The notes: generated from the sequence alone by a model not told the origin. A stretch of 38,143 nt of DNA from Clostridia bacterium (GCA_017560145.1 JAFYON010000024.1:1-38143); one strand, 5' to 3'; positions 1-10,139 are shown, counted from the stretch's first letter. Program-made: numbers and translations.

Positions 1-573
1 AAGCTCGAAAATCATACCCGACATTGCAAGCTGGATTATAAGAACGAAGGGCATAACCGTCATTGCGGTGTTGGGGGTTTTTACTATCGAGGATACCATC
101 AAGCCGAGCGCGTCGGAGCTGAATATGATAAAGAAGAAGGTAAAGAACATTTCCAAGAAGGCGGGAAGCAAAACACCGCTTTCGGGGAATGCATCGAGGT
201 TTGCAACGCAGGTTATTGCGGTAACGATGATTGCCTCGACAAAGCTAAGCACAAGCTCGAAAACCATGTGCGAGGTTATGTAGGAGGAGATGTGCAAGCC
301 CGATCTGTGCTCACGCTTGATAATATCGCGTTCCTTGCATATCGATTGGATCGAGTTAAAGATACCGATCCAGATACAAGCACAAACCAAAGCGAATGCG
401 CCGTTTCTTGATTCGTTGTATTCAAGGAACATCTTATCGCCGGTAACCATTGAAATAAGCAATGTGATTATCGCGGCACTGATAAAGGTCTTATATCCCT
501 TGTCGTTCAGGAAAACGCGGAAGCATTTTCCGATGTAAATACGTATTTGTGTTGCTCTAGAAGCGCCGTTCAC
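1..573 (-). CDS. ABC-2 type transporter permease (runs off the window edge)
   Basis: Not in the ORF track. Translated by hand from GTG at 573, behind AGGAGG that follows the ATPase stop: MNGASRATQIRIYIGKCFRVFLNDKGYKTFISAAIITLLISMVTG...ALVCACIWIGIFNSIQSICKERDIIKREHRSGLHISSYI. Hydrophobic helices plus the ABC-2 'KER.II.RE...G....SY' motif. Confidence 0.85.
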   Translation of the reverse strand, partial: MNGASRATQIRIYIGKCFRVFLNDKGYKTFISAAIITLLISMVTGDKMFLEYNESRNGAFALVCACIWIGIFNSIQSICKERDIIKREHRSGLHISSYITSHMVFELVLSFVEAIIVTAITCVANLDAFPESGVLLPAFLEMFFTFFFIIFSSDALGLMVSSIVKTPNTAMTVMPFVLIIQLAMSGMIFEL

Positions 574-587
574 GGTTAAAACCTCCT

Positions 588-2099
588 TTATTTAGCCATT
601 CTTTCGCTGTATTTTTGAATATAGAAGTCGGACAATCCGTCGCCGCCCTCATCTGCGCGGTTAATACGCTTAACAACGCCCTCAAGCGAATCGGTTTCGA
701 AGAAGTCCTTTGCCTCCTGAATACCGCCGAAGAATGCAAGATGTCCGCAGTTGTCCTGAACGCTCTTTGCCAAAACGACTACCTTGTTGAAAAGCTCCGA
801 CGCTCTGTCGGGCGCGTGGGAGATGACCATAACGATCTTGCCCTCGTCGGCAATGTTGCGGAGGTTTTGCATAAGGCTCTTCGACATAATTCCGTCAAGA
901 CCCGAATCGGGCTCGTCGAGGAAGAAGAGGCTGGGGTTTGCGATATATTCAACTGCGATCGACAAACGCTTTTTCTGACCGCCCGAAAGCTTCGAAACCA
1001 AGCTGTTGCGTTCTCTTTGCAAGCCGAGCGTTTCCAAAACCTTTTCGATTCTTGCGGCGCGCTCTTCCTTGGAGGTGCTTTGGGGCATTTTCATTTCTGC
1101 GGCGTTGCTTAAGGTATCGTAAACGCTGTCGCTCGTGCGGATGAGATCCTGCTGGGGCACGAAACCGATCTTGTACTTCATCGATTCGAAATCCTCGTAA
1201 ATATCGGTATCGCCGTGCATGATCTTGCCTTCCGCCTTTTCATAGCCCATAACGGCGTTCATAAAGGTGGTTTTGCCTGCACCCGAGCCGCCGAGTATAA
1301 GCACCATTTCGCCCGATTGGATGGTCATATTGATGTTTTGGAGAAGCATAAGCTTTCTTGCGCGCTGCCAAACGCTTCTGTGCTCGATATGGATATCAAG
1401 GGTAACGGGCGAAGCCTCTGCCGAGGAGGCAAGCGCGGTGTTGACCTTTTGATAAAGGAATTTCTTTCCGTCGTATATAAAGTGGGTGGTGCCGATGCGA
1501 ACGCAATCGCCGAACGAAAGATAAGAGGGGTGCGTGATGCGGACGTTGTTGATATAAACGCCGTTTAAGCTATTGTGGTCTACGACCGCCCAGCCGAGCT
1601 TTGCCGAGAAAAACGAAGCGTGATTTGCCGAAACGGTACGGTCTTGCAAAACCGCGCCTCTTCCGACACCTCTGCCGATGTTGATCTCCGCCATGCTGTT
1701 GTCGATCTCGATTCGTCCGATTTCGCTATCGCAGGGGAAATTCGATGAGAATATCATACAAATAAATTCGGTAGCGGCTTTTTTATCGTCGTTGAAGATG
1801 TGAAGCACGTCGCCGTCTTTAAGGTAATATTTCGTTTTGGGAGGGAGCTTCAAGCCGTTAACGTAGGTGCCGTTAGTGCTGTTGACGTCTACGTAAAAAA
1901 CGCCCGAGGCATCGCGATAGATTTCGCCGTGTGCACGGGAAACGAATTTTGCGCGAAGATCGACGTCCGCCTTCTGCTTTTCGGTGCTTCTGCCGACGGT
2001 CATAAAGCTTTTGACGTCATACGAATTAAAATCGTTGCCGGTAAAGACAAAAAGCTTTTCTTCCATAAGTGATTTCGGCATTATCATCGTTTTTTCCAT
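588..2099 (-). CDS. FHA-FHA-ABC transporter ATP-binding protein (Rv1747-like architecture, no fused membrane domain)
   Basis: Two FHA motif sets (VGR..VSRAHG..STNGTYVNG; IGR..VSANHA..SLNGVYIN), Walker A GGSGAGKT, signature LSGGQ, Walker B FFLDEP, H-loop ISH. Confidence 0.92.
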   Translation of the reverse strand: MEKTMIMPKSLMEEKLFVFTGNDFNSYDVKSFMTVGRSTEKQKADVDLRAKFVSRAHGEIYRDASGVFYVDVNSTNGTYVNGLKLPPKTKYYLKDGDVLHIFNDDKKAATEFICMIFSSNFPCDSEIGRIEIDNSMAEINIGRGVGRGAVLQDRTVSANHASFFSAKLGWAVVDHNSLNGVYINNVRITHPSYLSFGDCVRIGTTHFIYDGKKFLYQKVNTALASSAEASPVTLDIHIEHRSVWQRARKLMLLQNINMTIQSGEMVLILGGSGAGKTTFMNAVMGYEKAEGKIMHGDTDIYEDFESMKYKIGFVPQQDLIRTSDSVYDTLSNAAEMKMPQSTSKEERAARIEKVLETLGLQRERNSLVSKLSGGQKKRLSIAVEYIANPSLFFLDEPDSGLDGIMSKSLMQNLRNIADEGKIVMVISHAPDRASELFNKVVVLAKSVQDNCGHLAFFGGIQEAKDFFETDSLEGVVKRINRADEGGDGLSDFYIQKYSERMAK

Positions 2100-2130
2100 T
2101 GCTTACACCATCCTTAGATTTTCTGTAACA

Positions 2131-2159
2131 ATTATAGCCCCAAAGCCGATAAATGTCAA
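2131..2159 (-). promoter_or_regulatory. Sigma-A promoter for the FHA-ABC operon
   Basis: Minus strand reads TTGACA (2154-2159), 17 nt, TATAAT (2131-2136): perfect consensus. Confidence 0.85.
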
Positions 2160-2177
2160 CACGGCATTAACAAATTG

Positions 2178-2885
2178 TTAAAACGCTGCACCCTTTGATT
2201 TTCGTATCATATCCTTTAATTCGCGCACCGCCTCGCCCAATCCTCCGACCTTGTCGATAATTCCGTGGTCCACCGCCTCGCGCCCGTCGATAACCGTACC
2301 TATATCGGTCGTCATATCGTCGGTCGCCGTCATAAGTTTGCGAACCGTGTCGCCGTCCGCGCGTGAATTGCGGACGATGAATTCAATGATCCGCTCCTGC
2401 ATTTTCGCAAGGTTTGCAAAGGTTTGCGGAACGCCTATCACCAAGCCGTTCAATCTTACGGGGTGTATCGTCATCGTTGCGCTTGGGACGATAAAGGATC
2501 TTTTTGCCGAAACCGCCAAGGGCACGCCGATAGAATGTCCGCCGCCGAGCACGATCGAAACGGTCGGCTTGGTCATACCCGAGATAAGCTCTGCTATTGC
2601 AAGACCTGCCTCGATATCGCCGCCGATGGTGTTTAAAAGCAGCAAAAGTCCGTCGATCGCATCGTTTTCCTCCACTGCCACAAGCGTGGGGATGCATTGC
2701 TCGTATTTTGTCGATTTGCTTTGGGGCGATGCGGCAAAATGCCCCTCGATCTGTCCCGCTATTACCATTGAATGAATACAAATCCCCTCCGAGCTTGTCG
2801 TTACGCTCGCATCGGCTTGTTGATACTGCTCTTCCTCGGTCGGTTCATTTTTGTCAAGCTCTTCGCCGTTGTTGCAAAAAATCAT
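2178..2885 (-). CDS. tepA: ClpP-like peptidase, TepA family
   Basis: GQIEGH..TKYE..IP.LVAVE, LNTIGGDIEAGLAIAE, GGGHSIGVP, MTIHPVR are TepA-type motifs. Start placed at ATG 2885 behind GGGAGAG (the ORF track uses TTG 2900). Confidence 0.85.
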   Translation of the reverse strand: MIFCNNGEELDKNEPTEEEQYQQADASVTTSSEGICIHSMVIAGQIEGHFAASPQSKSTKYEQCIPTLVAVEENDAIDGLLLLLNTIGGDIEAGLAIAELISGMTKPTVSIVLGGGHSIGVPLAVSAKRSFIVPSATMTIHPVRLNGLVIGVPQTFANLAKMQERIIEFIVRNSRADGDTVRKLMTATDDMTTDIGTVIDGREAVDHGIIDKVGGLGEAVRELKDMIRKSKGAAF

Positions 2886-2912
2886 AAATTGCTCTCCCAA
2901 TCGTTTTTTAAT

Positions 2913-2972
2913 TAGTATTGTGGCAAAGCAAGGTCTTTATACCGAATAAAAAGACCGAAAATGCCGATAATA
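2913..2972. promoter_or_regulatory. Back-to-back sigma-G/F-like promoters (tepA leftward, glucan synthase rightward)
   Basis: Minus strand: GTATA (2938-2942), 18 nt, AATACTA (2913-2919). Plus strand: GAATA (2944-2948), 17 nt, GATAATA (2966-2972). Both resemble the forespore sigma consensus GHATA-N17/18-mATAmTA. Confidence 0.45.
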
Positions 2973-3004
2973 ACAGTAAAAATCAGGTAAATTCGGGAGT
3001 TAAT

Positions 3005-6000
3005 ATGCAAAACGGAATGATAACACGATTGAAAAAAAGCTACCGTTCGGTAAAAAAGCGTCTTGACGAGACACGCGTTTCCGATTGGATATACGATAAT
3101 TTTTATCTCATCGACCGCCGATACCGCGCGTTGATGAAGAACAAGCGCGCGCTTTCGCATAGGCGAATCTTCGATCTGCTTTTTTCCTGCTGCGAGGATT
3201 GCGATTTTTCGCCGTCGCCGAAGGGCATTGCCGCGCGCATCACTAACGAAAACAGAGAATTCGGCTTTTTCGAGCTCGAATCGATACGCGAGCTTCTTTG
3301 CGCGTGCGCGATCATAAAAATAGGTGAAGCGCTTGAATCGAATTCGGGCACCGATATGATACCCAACGCCGTAAGACTGTTGAATTCGGTTTCCGACCCC
3401 GAATACAGCGATATTCTTCCAAGCGTCTGGCTGCCCGAAAAAATCATTTCCGAATTCGAGCCGAATTACGAAAGCTTTTCTGCCGAAACGAAAAGCCGGT
3501 ACCGATTGGCGGTTGCCGATATTGCAAGGGCGAACCGAGAAAGCGAGTCGCAAACGGCAAAGCGGCTTACCGAAAAAGCAAAAGGGGAGGGGTGTCTGCT
3601 TGGCAATCTGCTTTTTGTCCCCGACAAAAAATATATCCTTCTTTGGCTTACGGGCGCGGCTTTGGTTTTTGCCCTGCTTTTTGCGCTTTCGCTTTTTCTT
3701 GTGGGTTGGGTGACCTGCCTTCTCGTTATCCCGTTCGGCATTGCATCGGGCGCGGTTGCGGATATTTTGGTTTCCCGCGTGATGCCAAATACGTCGGCGC
3801 CGAGAATTGAATTGAATTCGGTACCCGACGATGCAAAAACGCTCGTTACCGTTGCGGCGCTGCTTACCGGAGGCAAGGGCGACGAACGGGTTTTCGAGTC
3901 CTTGGTCAGGTTCCGTTATATGAATCCCGACGCGAATATCTATTTCTGTCTGCTTGCCGACCTTCCCGATGCCGAAACGCCTTATATGCCGCGCGATAAC
4001 GAAATTATCGGAAACGCGTTTCGCAGGATCGACGAGATGAACCGTCTTCACGGCGAACGCTTTTGCATTTTCTTCCGGGAAAGAGTGTTCAACAAAAGCG
4101 AATCGAGCTATGGAGGATGGGAAAGAAAGCGCGGCGCCGTTTGCGAGCTTGTGTCGCATATTGTCAACGGCGACAAGCGCGAATATCGCGGCGGCGATTT
4201 CATACGCGATATAAAATATATTCTGACTCTCGATTCCGACACGAACCTTTCGGTCGGAAGTGTAAAGGAGCTTTTGTCGGTTGCACTTCATCCGTTAAAC
4301 CGTCCGCAATCGGTCGATGGCAGAGTCGTTTCGGGCTACGGCATTATTCAGCCGAGTGTCCGCACCGAGCTTAAAAGCGCGTATAAAAGCGCGTTTTCGC
4401 GTCTTATTTCGGGCTCGGGCGGAGCCGACGTTTATTCGGGCGCATCCTTTTCGCGCAGACAGTCCTTGCTCGGCTGCGGCACGTTTTGCGGAAAGGGGCT
4501 TATCGACGTTTCGCTTTTCGAGGCGTTGGTGTGCAAAAATTTCCCCGAGGGGCTTATTTTAAGCCACGACGTGCTCGAGGGCAACGTTTTGCGCACGCTT
4601 GCCGCAACGGATATAACGCTCACCGATTCGACACCTGCAAACCCTGTTTCCTATTTCAGACGTCATCACCGTTGGATGAGAGGCGATTTTCAGAATCTTG
4701 TGTTTTTATTTAGCAAAAGGTTTGGCTTTGCTTCGAAATTCGGGCTGCTTGCGGTCGCGATAAGGCATTTGTCACCGATAGGATCGTTTGCCGCCATACT
4801 TTTTTGTTGCTTCGAGAAAAACACAAACGGACTTGCTCTGCTCCTTCTTGCCTGCTCGGAATTTTTGCTCCCGTTTGCGATAAGCTGCATTACGGTTTTC
4901 TTTTCGGCGGCGCCTTTTGCCTGTGTAAGATTCTTTTCAAAGGCATGCTCGAGCCTTAGCCAAAACGCGCTGCGGGTGTTTTTCGAAACGGCCTCGCTAT
5001 GCCGCCGTGCAATTTTGGCGTTGGACGCTTTGATTCTTGCATCGATAAGGCTTTGCACGCGCAGAAAAACGCTTGAATGGACCACCGCCGCACAAACCGA
5101 GCGCCTTTCTTCGACACTCGGTAAATACGTGCTCGACGGCACGGGCTCGGTAATATTCGGAATCTTTCTGTTGGTGTTCGCTTCGCCCTCGTTTATAAAG
5201 CTCGTCGGTCTTTTGTTTTTTGCATATCCGCTTGCCGCTGTTGTGCTTTCGCGCAATATCGGTGGCGGCGGAATCGCAAGGCCGAGCTTCACAAAGCAGC
5301 AAAAGGAGCTTCTTATATCGCACGCTACGGATATGATCGGCTTTTATTACGACAACGTAAACGACCGTACGAACCATCTTCCGCCCGACAATATCCAGCT
5401 TTCGCCGGTTGGCGATATTGCGCTTCGCACCTCTCCGACGAACGTCGGCTTTTATCTCGTTTCGCTCCTTGCCGCGCGTGATTTGGGGATAATCGGCTCG
5501 AACGAGCTCTGCGACCGTCTTTCGGCATCGCTCGATACCGTCGAGAAATTGGAAAAATACAACGGCAATCTTTACAATTGGTATTCTTTGACCGACCTTT
5601 GCGTTATCGGCGACAGATACGTTTCGTCGGTCGATAGCGGTAATTTCGTCGTTATGCTCGTCGCGTTGAAGGAGGGCTTGCGTGAATATTCGCAGGAAAA
5701 CGAAGGGATAAGTCGGTTGATCGCACGTGTCGAGGCGTTGATCGAGAACACGGATCTTACCGTATTTTACGATTCTCGCCGCGAGCTTTTTTGCATCGGT
5801 ATACGCGGCGACGGCAAAAGGGACTTATGCTTTTACGATATGCTTATGAGCGAGGCAAGAATGACGGCTTATTACGCGGTCGCAGCTTCGATAGTTCCGA
5901 AAAGGCATTGGCAGACGTTGGGGCGCACGCTTACTCACAAATCGGGCTATATCGGAATGAAGAGCTGGTCGGGCACGGCGTTTGAATATTTTATGCCGCA

Positions 6001-9000
6001 GCTGTTTTTGCCTCTTTACCGCGATTCGTTTTTATATGAATCGCTTGCCTTTGCACTTGCGGTGCAGAGGGGAGAAAACAAAATATTCGGAGTAAGCGAA
6101 AGCGGATTTTATTCCTTCGACAGCGAAATGCGATATCAATATAAGGCAAACGGCTTGCAGACGCTTGCGCTTCGCCGTATCGGAGAAAACGAAAAAACGA
6201 TATCGCCCTATTCGACCTATCTTTCGCTTTGTATATGCTCGACTGCGGCAATCAAAAATCTGCACGAGCTTGAAAACCGCGGAATGTACGGCAGATACGG
6301 GCTTTACGAGGCGCTTGATTTTAATGTCGATCAAGGCGGCGCTTGCGTTAAAAGCTATATGGCGCACCATATCGGGATGAGTATTATTGCAATAATGAAC
6401 GCGGTTAAGGACAATATTTTCGTGCGGCGCTTTACCTCGGATATAAAAATGGCGTCTGCGCACGAGCTTTTGCAGGAAAAGATCCCGACCGATGCGCACG
6501 TTTTCGAGGACGATGCCCGACGCGAGCGCGAGATAAAGCGGCCGAGCGCCGCCGTTAAAAGCATATCGACTTTGCCCGATCTTACTTCGCCGAGCTCGGT
6601 TTTGCTTTCAAAGGGAGATATGACGGCGATAGTGACCTCGAGCGGACACGTTGCGATAAGCTGCGGAGAGCGTGCGATAACAAACACGGTGTTCGATCCC
6701 GATTCGCTTCGGTTTTCTCTCGGAGTAACGCTGTCGCGCTCGGGCAAGGCGTTCGGATGCGCTCCGCTTTACGGAAAAGAGGGAAAGAGCTTTGAAATAA
6801 AGGGAGATTCGGTTTCTCATATTGCATCGTGCAGAGATTTTTCGGGCAGAGTGCAATATGCAATGTCAAAAAGCGGCGGTTGTATGATAATCAGCACTCG
6901 CGCCGAGGCGTTGAAAAGCTACGACGTAACGCTTTCGTTCGAGCCTGTGCTTGAAGCAAGCAAGAAATTTTTATCGCATATCTCTTTTTCACGTCTTTTT
7001 ATCGAAAGCGAATACGATGCGCAAAGACGCATTCTTTATTTTCACCGAAGAAGCGGCGAGGACGGTCGGCATATTTTTACACTCGCCGTTGCGCCCGAAG
7101 ACAAAAGAAATTCATTTTCATTTTTAACAAGCCGCGAATCCCTGTGCGCCGCCTCGATCACCTCTCCGCTTGATTACGCATTTGTTCCTACCGACAACGC
7201 CGTCGGCGCTTGCATCGATCCGCTTTGCCTTGTGCGGTCGGCATCGGCAGAGGGCGGAAGGGCTTCGTTTATTATTGCATGCGGACAGACCAAGCGCGAA
7301 TGCGAGCGTAATATCGGGCTTGCGCGTGCGGACAAGACGTTTGCACCGATAAAGCATCAAAGTCAGGCCGAGTCCTCGCTTCTAACGGCGTTGCTTTACA
7401 ACAAGGGCGACGCGGTTGTCGAGGAGTTCCCGAAATGCTCTGTCAACGACCTTTGGGCAAACGGTATCTCGGGTGATTTTCGCTTTGCGGTCGTTTGCGC
7501 TTCGGAAATTGCAAAAAAGCGCATTTCCTCGATCCTTAACGCCTATTTGTCGCTTGCAAATTCAATGATAAGATGCGAGCTGATATTTATCGTTTGCGAA
7601 TCGGACGGATATAACCGCCCCGTTGAAAGGTCGGTCTATGAATCCTGCGAGAGGGCAAACGCCGTGCAATATATCGGCAAAAAGGGCGGAATTTTCATTC
7701 TGCGCAAGGATAATATAAGCGACGGGCTTTTGACCGCGCTGAAATCCCACGCGAGCTTTTATTACGATCTTTCCCGCCCTCTGCCGAGGATAAAGCTTGC
7801 AGGTCGGTTTGATATCGGCAACACGGTCACGTTGCCGCAAAACGCGGCAAGGCTTTCGCCTCCCGAGTACTCGATCGCTTCGGGCAACGGCTATTTTGAA
7901 AATCAAGCTTATATTGTCGATAAAAGCTCGCTTCCCAAAGCACCCTATTCCTTCGTGCTGACGGGAAGACGCTTTTCGACCGTAGTAACGCAATCGTCGC
8001 TCGGCTATACCTTTTACGATAACGCGCGCGAGCGAAGGCTTTGCTCCTTTTACGGCGACCCGCGCTCGCTCGATCGAGGCGAAACGGTATTTATGCTGTC
8101 AAACGGAAAAAGATATGACCTCTGCGCGGCTTCGTCACGGGTGGCATACGAAAAGGGAAGGGCGGTTTATTACGGCGCGGCGGACGGGATAAATTACGCT
8201 CTTACGGTGTGCGTCGACCCGAAATATCCCGTCAAGCTGATTCGAGTTCAATATCCAAAGGGCGTTTCGGCAGAAACCCACTTCGTCATCGAGCCGGTTA
8301 TGGGCGATTCGGTCGGGCAGAGCGGAAATATATCGTTAATGCGCTTTTCGTCTGGCAATAATTCGGCAATGCTGTTTCGCAATATATTCGGTATGACCTT
8401 CCCCGAGGGCGTTGGGTTTGCAGGGGTCTGCGGCGGAGAATTAAGGATAGAGGAAAAAACGCTTGCTTCAAATTCGGGCGACGTAATATTCTTCCTCGGC
8501 GCCGCAACGAGCGAATCGGGGGCAAAGAAAATCGCCTCGATCATAAACCGCAAATTTTTCGAATCCTCGCTTCACAACGCAAGCCTCTTTGCCGAATCGA
8601 TGATACCGAAAATAAAAATATCAACGCGCAGTAAAACGACCGACGCGCTTATGAACTTCTTTATGCCCTATCAGGTTGCGGCTTGCCGAATGTATGCGCG
8701 CGGCTCGTTTTATCAAAGCGGCGGAGCTTACGGCTTCCGCGATCAGCTTCAGGATTGCCTTACTCTGATCTATTCAAGCCGCGAGCTTGTGCGGAACCAC
8801 ATCCTTCGCTGCTGTGCACATCAATATTACGAGGGCGACGTTATGCATTGGTGGCACACGCGAAATATAAACCGCGTTAACAACGGGGTGCGAAGCAGAT
8901 GCTCGGACGATTTGCTTTATCTTCCGCTCGTTGTTGCAGATTATATCGAAAAGACGGGCGATCACTCTCTGCTCGATATCGGTGTGAAATATCTTTCCTC

Positions 9001-10075
9001 GCCGCCCTTGGGCAAGAGGAACGAAAGGTATGAGCTTCCGAACCGTACCGACGTTAAGGAAAGCGTTTATCTTCATTGTCTGCGCGCACTGTCGCGTGCA
9101 GACCGTGTCGGCGCTCACGGGCTTATTCTTATGGGCTCGTGCGATTGGAACGACGTCTTTTCGTTGGTTGGCGAAAAGGGCGTGGGAGAAAGCGTTTTTT
9201 CGACCTTGCTTTTTATCATCGTTGCCGAAAGGTTTATTCCCATAGCCGAATCGCGCAACAACAGAGCAACCGCAGACCGTTACCGCGAAAGGGTAAGGGC
9301 GCTTCGCAAAGCGGTTGAGGATAACGCCTTTTTCGGCGACAGATATGCACGCGCCTTTTGCGACGACGGCAGAATTTTGGGTGTCGAGGGGTGCAAGGAA
9401 TGTGAGATCGACATTCTTTCTCAGGCGTTTGCCGCGTTGGCAGGGCTCGACGGAGGTCGGGTAAGGCTTGCCTTGAAAACCGCGTTTTCCAAGCTTTACG
9501 ATCGCAAAAACAAAATATTCAGGCTCTTTTATCCGCCCTTTGTAAACGGCAAGGCGCGTGTGGGATATATACGCGGATACGTTGCCGGCATACGCGAAAA
9601 CGGCGGTCAGTATACCCACGGCGCGCTTTGGGGCGCACTCGGATTTCTTGCCGTCGGTATGACCGAGGAGGCGTTGGCGGTGCTTGAATGTGCAAACCCT
9701 GCCGCAAGATGCACCGACAAGGAGCTTGCGAGCCGCTATAAGACCGAGCCTTATGCCGTCGCCGCAGATATTTATTCGGGCGATCATTCGGGCAGAGGCG
9801 GTTGGAGCTGGTATACGGGTGCGGCATCATGGCTTTACCGCATTATGCTCGAGCGGGTTCTCGGTTTGAAATTCGGCGCAGACGGCGTCTTGCTTTCGGC
9901 AACGCCGATAATTCCCTTTAACGCCCAAATTTCGTTGTGCGATGCAAGGCTTAATATCATCGCATCGGAGGACGTGACGTCGCCCACTCTCGACGGCGAA
10001 AATATAACCTTTCCGCTAAAGCTAAACGGCGGCGAGCACACTGTTTGTCTGCCGATATACAAAAGAAGCGAATAA
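3005..10075 (+). CDS. Cyclic beta-1,2-glucan synthase-like protein (Cgs/NdvB: GT84 + glucoamylase-like transglycosylase + GH94 phosphorylase)
   Basis: GT84 motifs GWERKRG, TLDSDT, LSHDVLEG, RHHRWMRGD with TM segments. Middle domain LPPDN..RTSPTNVG..SWSGTAFEY..MAHHIGMS. GH94 motifs YQSGGAYGFRDQLQD, DWND, RENGGQYTHG, GRGGWSWYTG. ATG 3005 follows GGGAG. Confidence 0.9.
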   Translation: MQNGMITRLKKSYRSVKKRLDETRVSDWIYDNFYLIDRRYRALMKNKRALSHRRIFDLLFSCCEDCDFSPSPKGIAARITNENREFGFFELESIRELLCACAIIKIGEALESNSGTDMIPNAVRLLNSVSDPEYSDILPSVWLPEKIISEFEPNYESFSAETKSRYRLAVADIARANRESESQTAKRLTEKAKGEGCLLGNLLFVPDKKYILLWLTGAALVFALLFALSLFLVGWVTCLLVIPFGIASGAVADILVSRVMPNTSAPRIELNSVPDDAKTLVTVAALLTGGKGDERVFESLVRFRYMNPDANIYFCLLADLPDAETPYMPRDNEIIGNAFRRIDEMNRLHGERFCIFFRERVFNKSESSYGGWERKRGAVCELVSHIVNGDKREYRGGDFIRDIKYILTLDSDTNLSVGSVKELLSVALHPLNRPQSVDGRVVSGYGIIQPSVRTELKSAYKSAFSRLISGSGGADVYSGASFSRRQSLLGCGTFCGKGLIDVSLFEALVCKNFPEGLILSHDVLEGNVLRTLAATDITLTDSTPANPVSYFRRHHRWMRGDFQNLVFLFSKRFGFASKFGLLAVAIRHLSPIGSFAAILFCCFEKNTNGLALLLLACSEFLLPFAISCITVFFSAAPFACVRFFSKACSSLSQNALRVFFETASLCRRAILALDALILASIRLCTRRKTLEWTTAAQTERLSSTLGKYVLDGTGSVIFGIFLLVFASPSFIKLVGLLFFAYPLAAVVLSRNIGGGGIARPSFTKQQKELLISHATDMIGFYYDNVNDRTNHLPPDNIQLSPVGDIALRTSPTNVGFYLVSLLAARDLGIIGSNELCDRLSASLDTVEKLEKYNGNLYNWYSLTDLCVIGDRYVSSVDSGNFVVMLVALKEGLREYSQENEGISRLIARVEALIENTDLTVFYDSRRELFCIGIRGDGKRDLCFYDMLMSEARMTAYYAVAASIVPKRHWQTLGRTLTHKSGYIGMKSWSGTAFEYFMPQLFLPLYRDSFLYESLAFALAVQRGENKIFGVSESGFYSFDSEMRYQYKANGLQTLALRRIGENEKTISPYSTYLSLCICSTAAIKNLHELENRGMYGRYGLYEALDFNVDQGGACVKSYMAHHIGMSIIAIMNAVKDNIFVRRFTSDIKMASAHELLQEKIPTDAHVFEDDARREREIKRPSAAVKSISTLPDLTSPSSVLLSKGDMTAIVTSSGHVAISCGERAITNTVFDPDSLRFSLGVTLSRSGKAFGCAPLYGKEGKSFEIKGDSVSHIASCRDFSGRVQYAMSKSGGCMIISTRAEALKSYDVTLSFEPVLEASKKFLSHISFSRLFIESEYDAQRRILYFHRRSGEDGRHIFTLAVAPEDKRNSFSFLTSRESLCAASITSPLDYAFVPTDNAVGACIDPLCLVRSASAEGGRASFIIACGQTKRECERNIGLARADKTFAPIKHQSQAESSLLTALLYNKGDAVVEEFPKCSVNDLWANGISGDFRFAVVCASEIAKKRISSILNAYLSLANSMIRCELIFIVCESDGYNRPVERSVYESCERANAVQYIGKKGGIFILRKDNISDGLLTALKSHASFYYDLSRPLPRIKLAGRFDIGNTVTLPQNAARLSPPEYSIASGNGYFENQAYIVDKSSLPKAPYSFVLTGRRFSTVVTQSSLGYTFYDNARERRLCSFYGDPRSLDRGETVFMLSNGKRYDLCAASSRVAYEKGRAVYYGAADGINYALTVCVDPKYPVKLIRVQYPKGVSAETHFVIEPVMGDSVGQSGNISLMRFSSGNNSAMLFRNIFGMTFPEGVGFAGVCGGELRIEEKTLASNSGDVIFFLGAATSESGAKKIASIINRKFFESSLHNASLFAESMIPKIKISTRSKTTDALMNFFMPYQVAACRMYARGSFYQSGGAYGFRDQLQDCLTLIYSSRELVRNHILRCCAHQYYEGDVMHWWHTRNINRVNNGVRSRCSDDLLYLPLVVADYIEKTGDHSLLDIGVKYLSSPPLGKRNERYELPNRTDVKESVYLHCLRALSRADRVGAHGLILMGSCDWNDVFSLVGEKGVGESVFSTLLFIIVAERFIPIAESRNNRATADRYRERVRALRKAVEDNAFFGDRYARAFCDDGRILGVEGCKECEIDILSQAFAALAGLDGGRVRLALKTAFSKLYDRKNKIFRLFYPPFVNGKARVGYIRGYVAGIRENGGQYTHGALWGALGFLAVGMTEEALAVLECANPAARCTDKELASRYKTEPYAVAADIYSGDHSGRGGWSWYTGAASWLYRIMLERVLGLKFGADGVLLSATPIIPFNAQISLCDARLNIIASEDVTSPTLDGENITFPLKLNGGEHTVCLPIYKRSE

Positions 10076-10081
10076 AAAAAC

Positions 10082-10122
10082 AAAACTGCACTGTTCGGGG
10101 AAAGCCCGTCGGTGCAGTTTTT
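10082..10122. terminator. Bidirectional intrinsic terminator
   Basis: AAAACTGCAC...GTGCAGTTTT inverted repeat with A/T tracts on both sides, between convergent genes. Confidence 0.85.
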
Positions 10123-10139
10123 AAGTTGCTTTATATGGG

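Noticed and set aside
68-538. Plus-strand ORFs 68-283 and 290-538
   Set aside because: Antisense to the ABC permease that runs off the window edge.
2912-4291. 459-aa minus-strand ORF, and similar long antisense ORFs (8774-9787, 23679-24464, 27510-28301, 34453-35586)
   Set aside because: They lie antisense to well-supported genes and show no recognisable motifs; treated as shadow ORFs.
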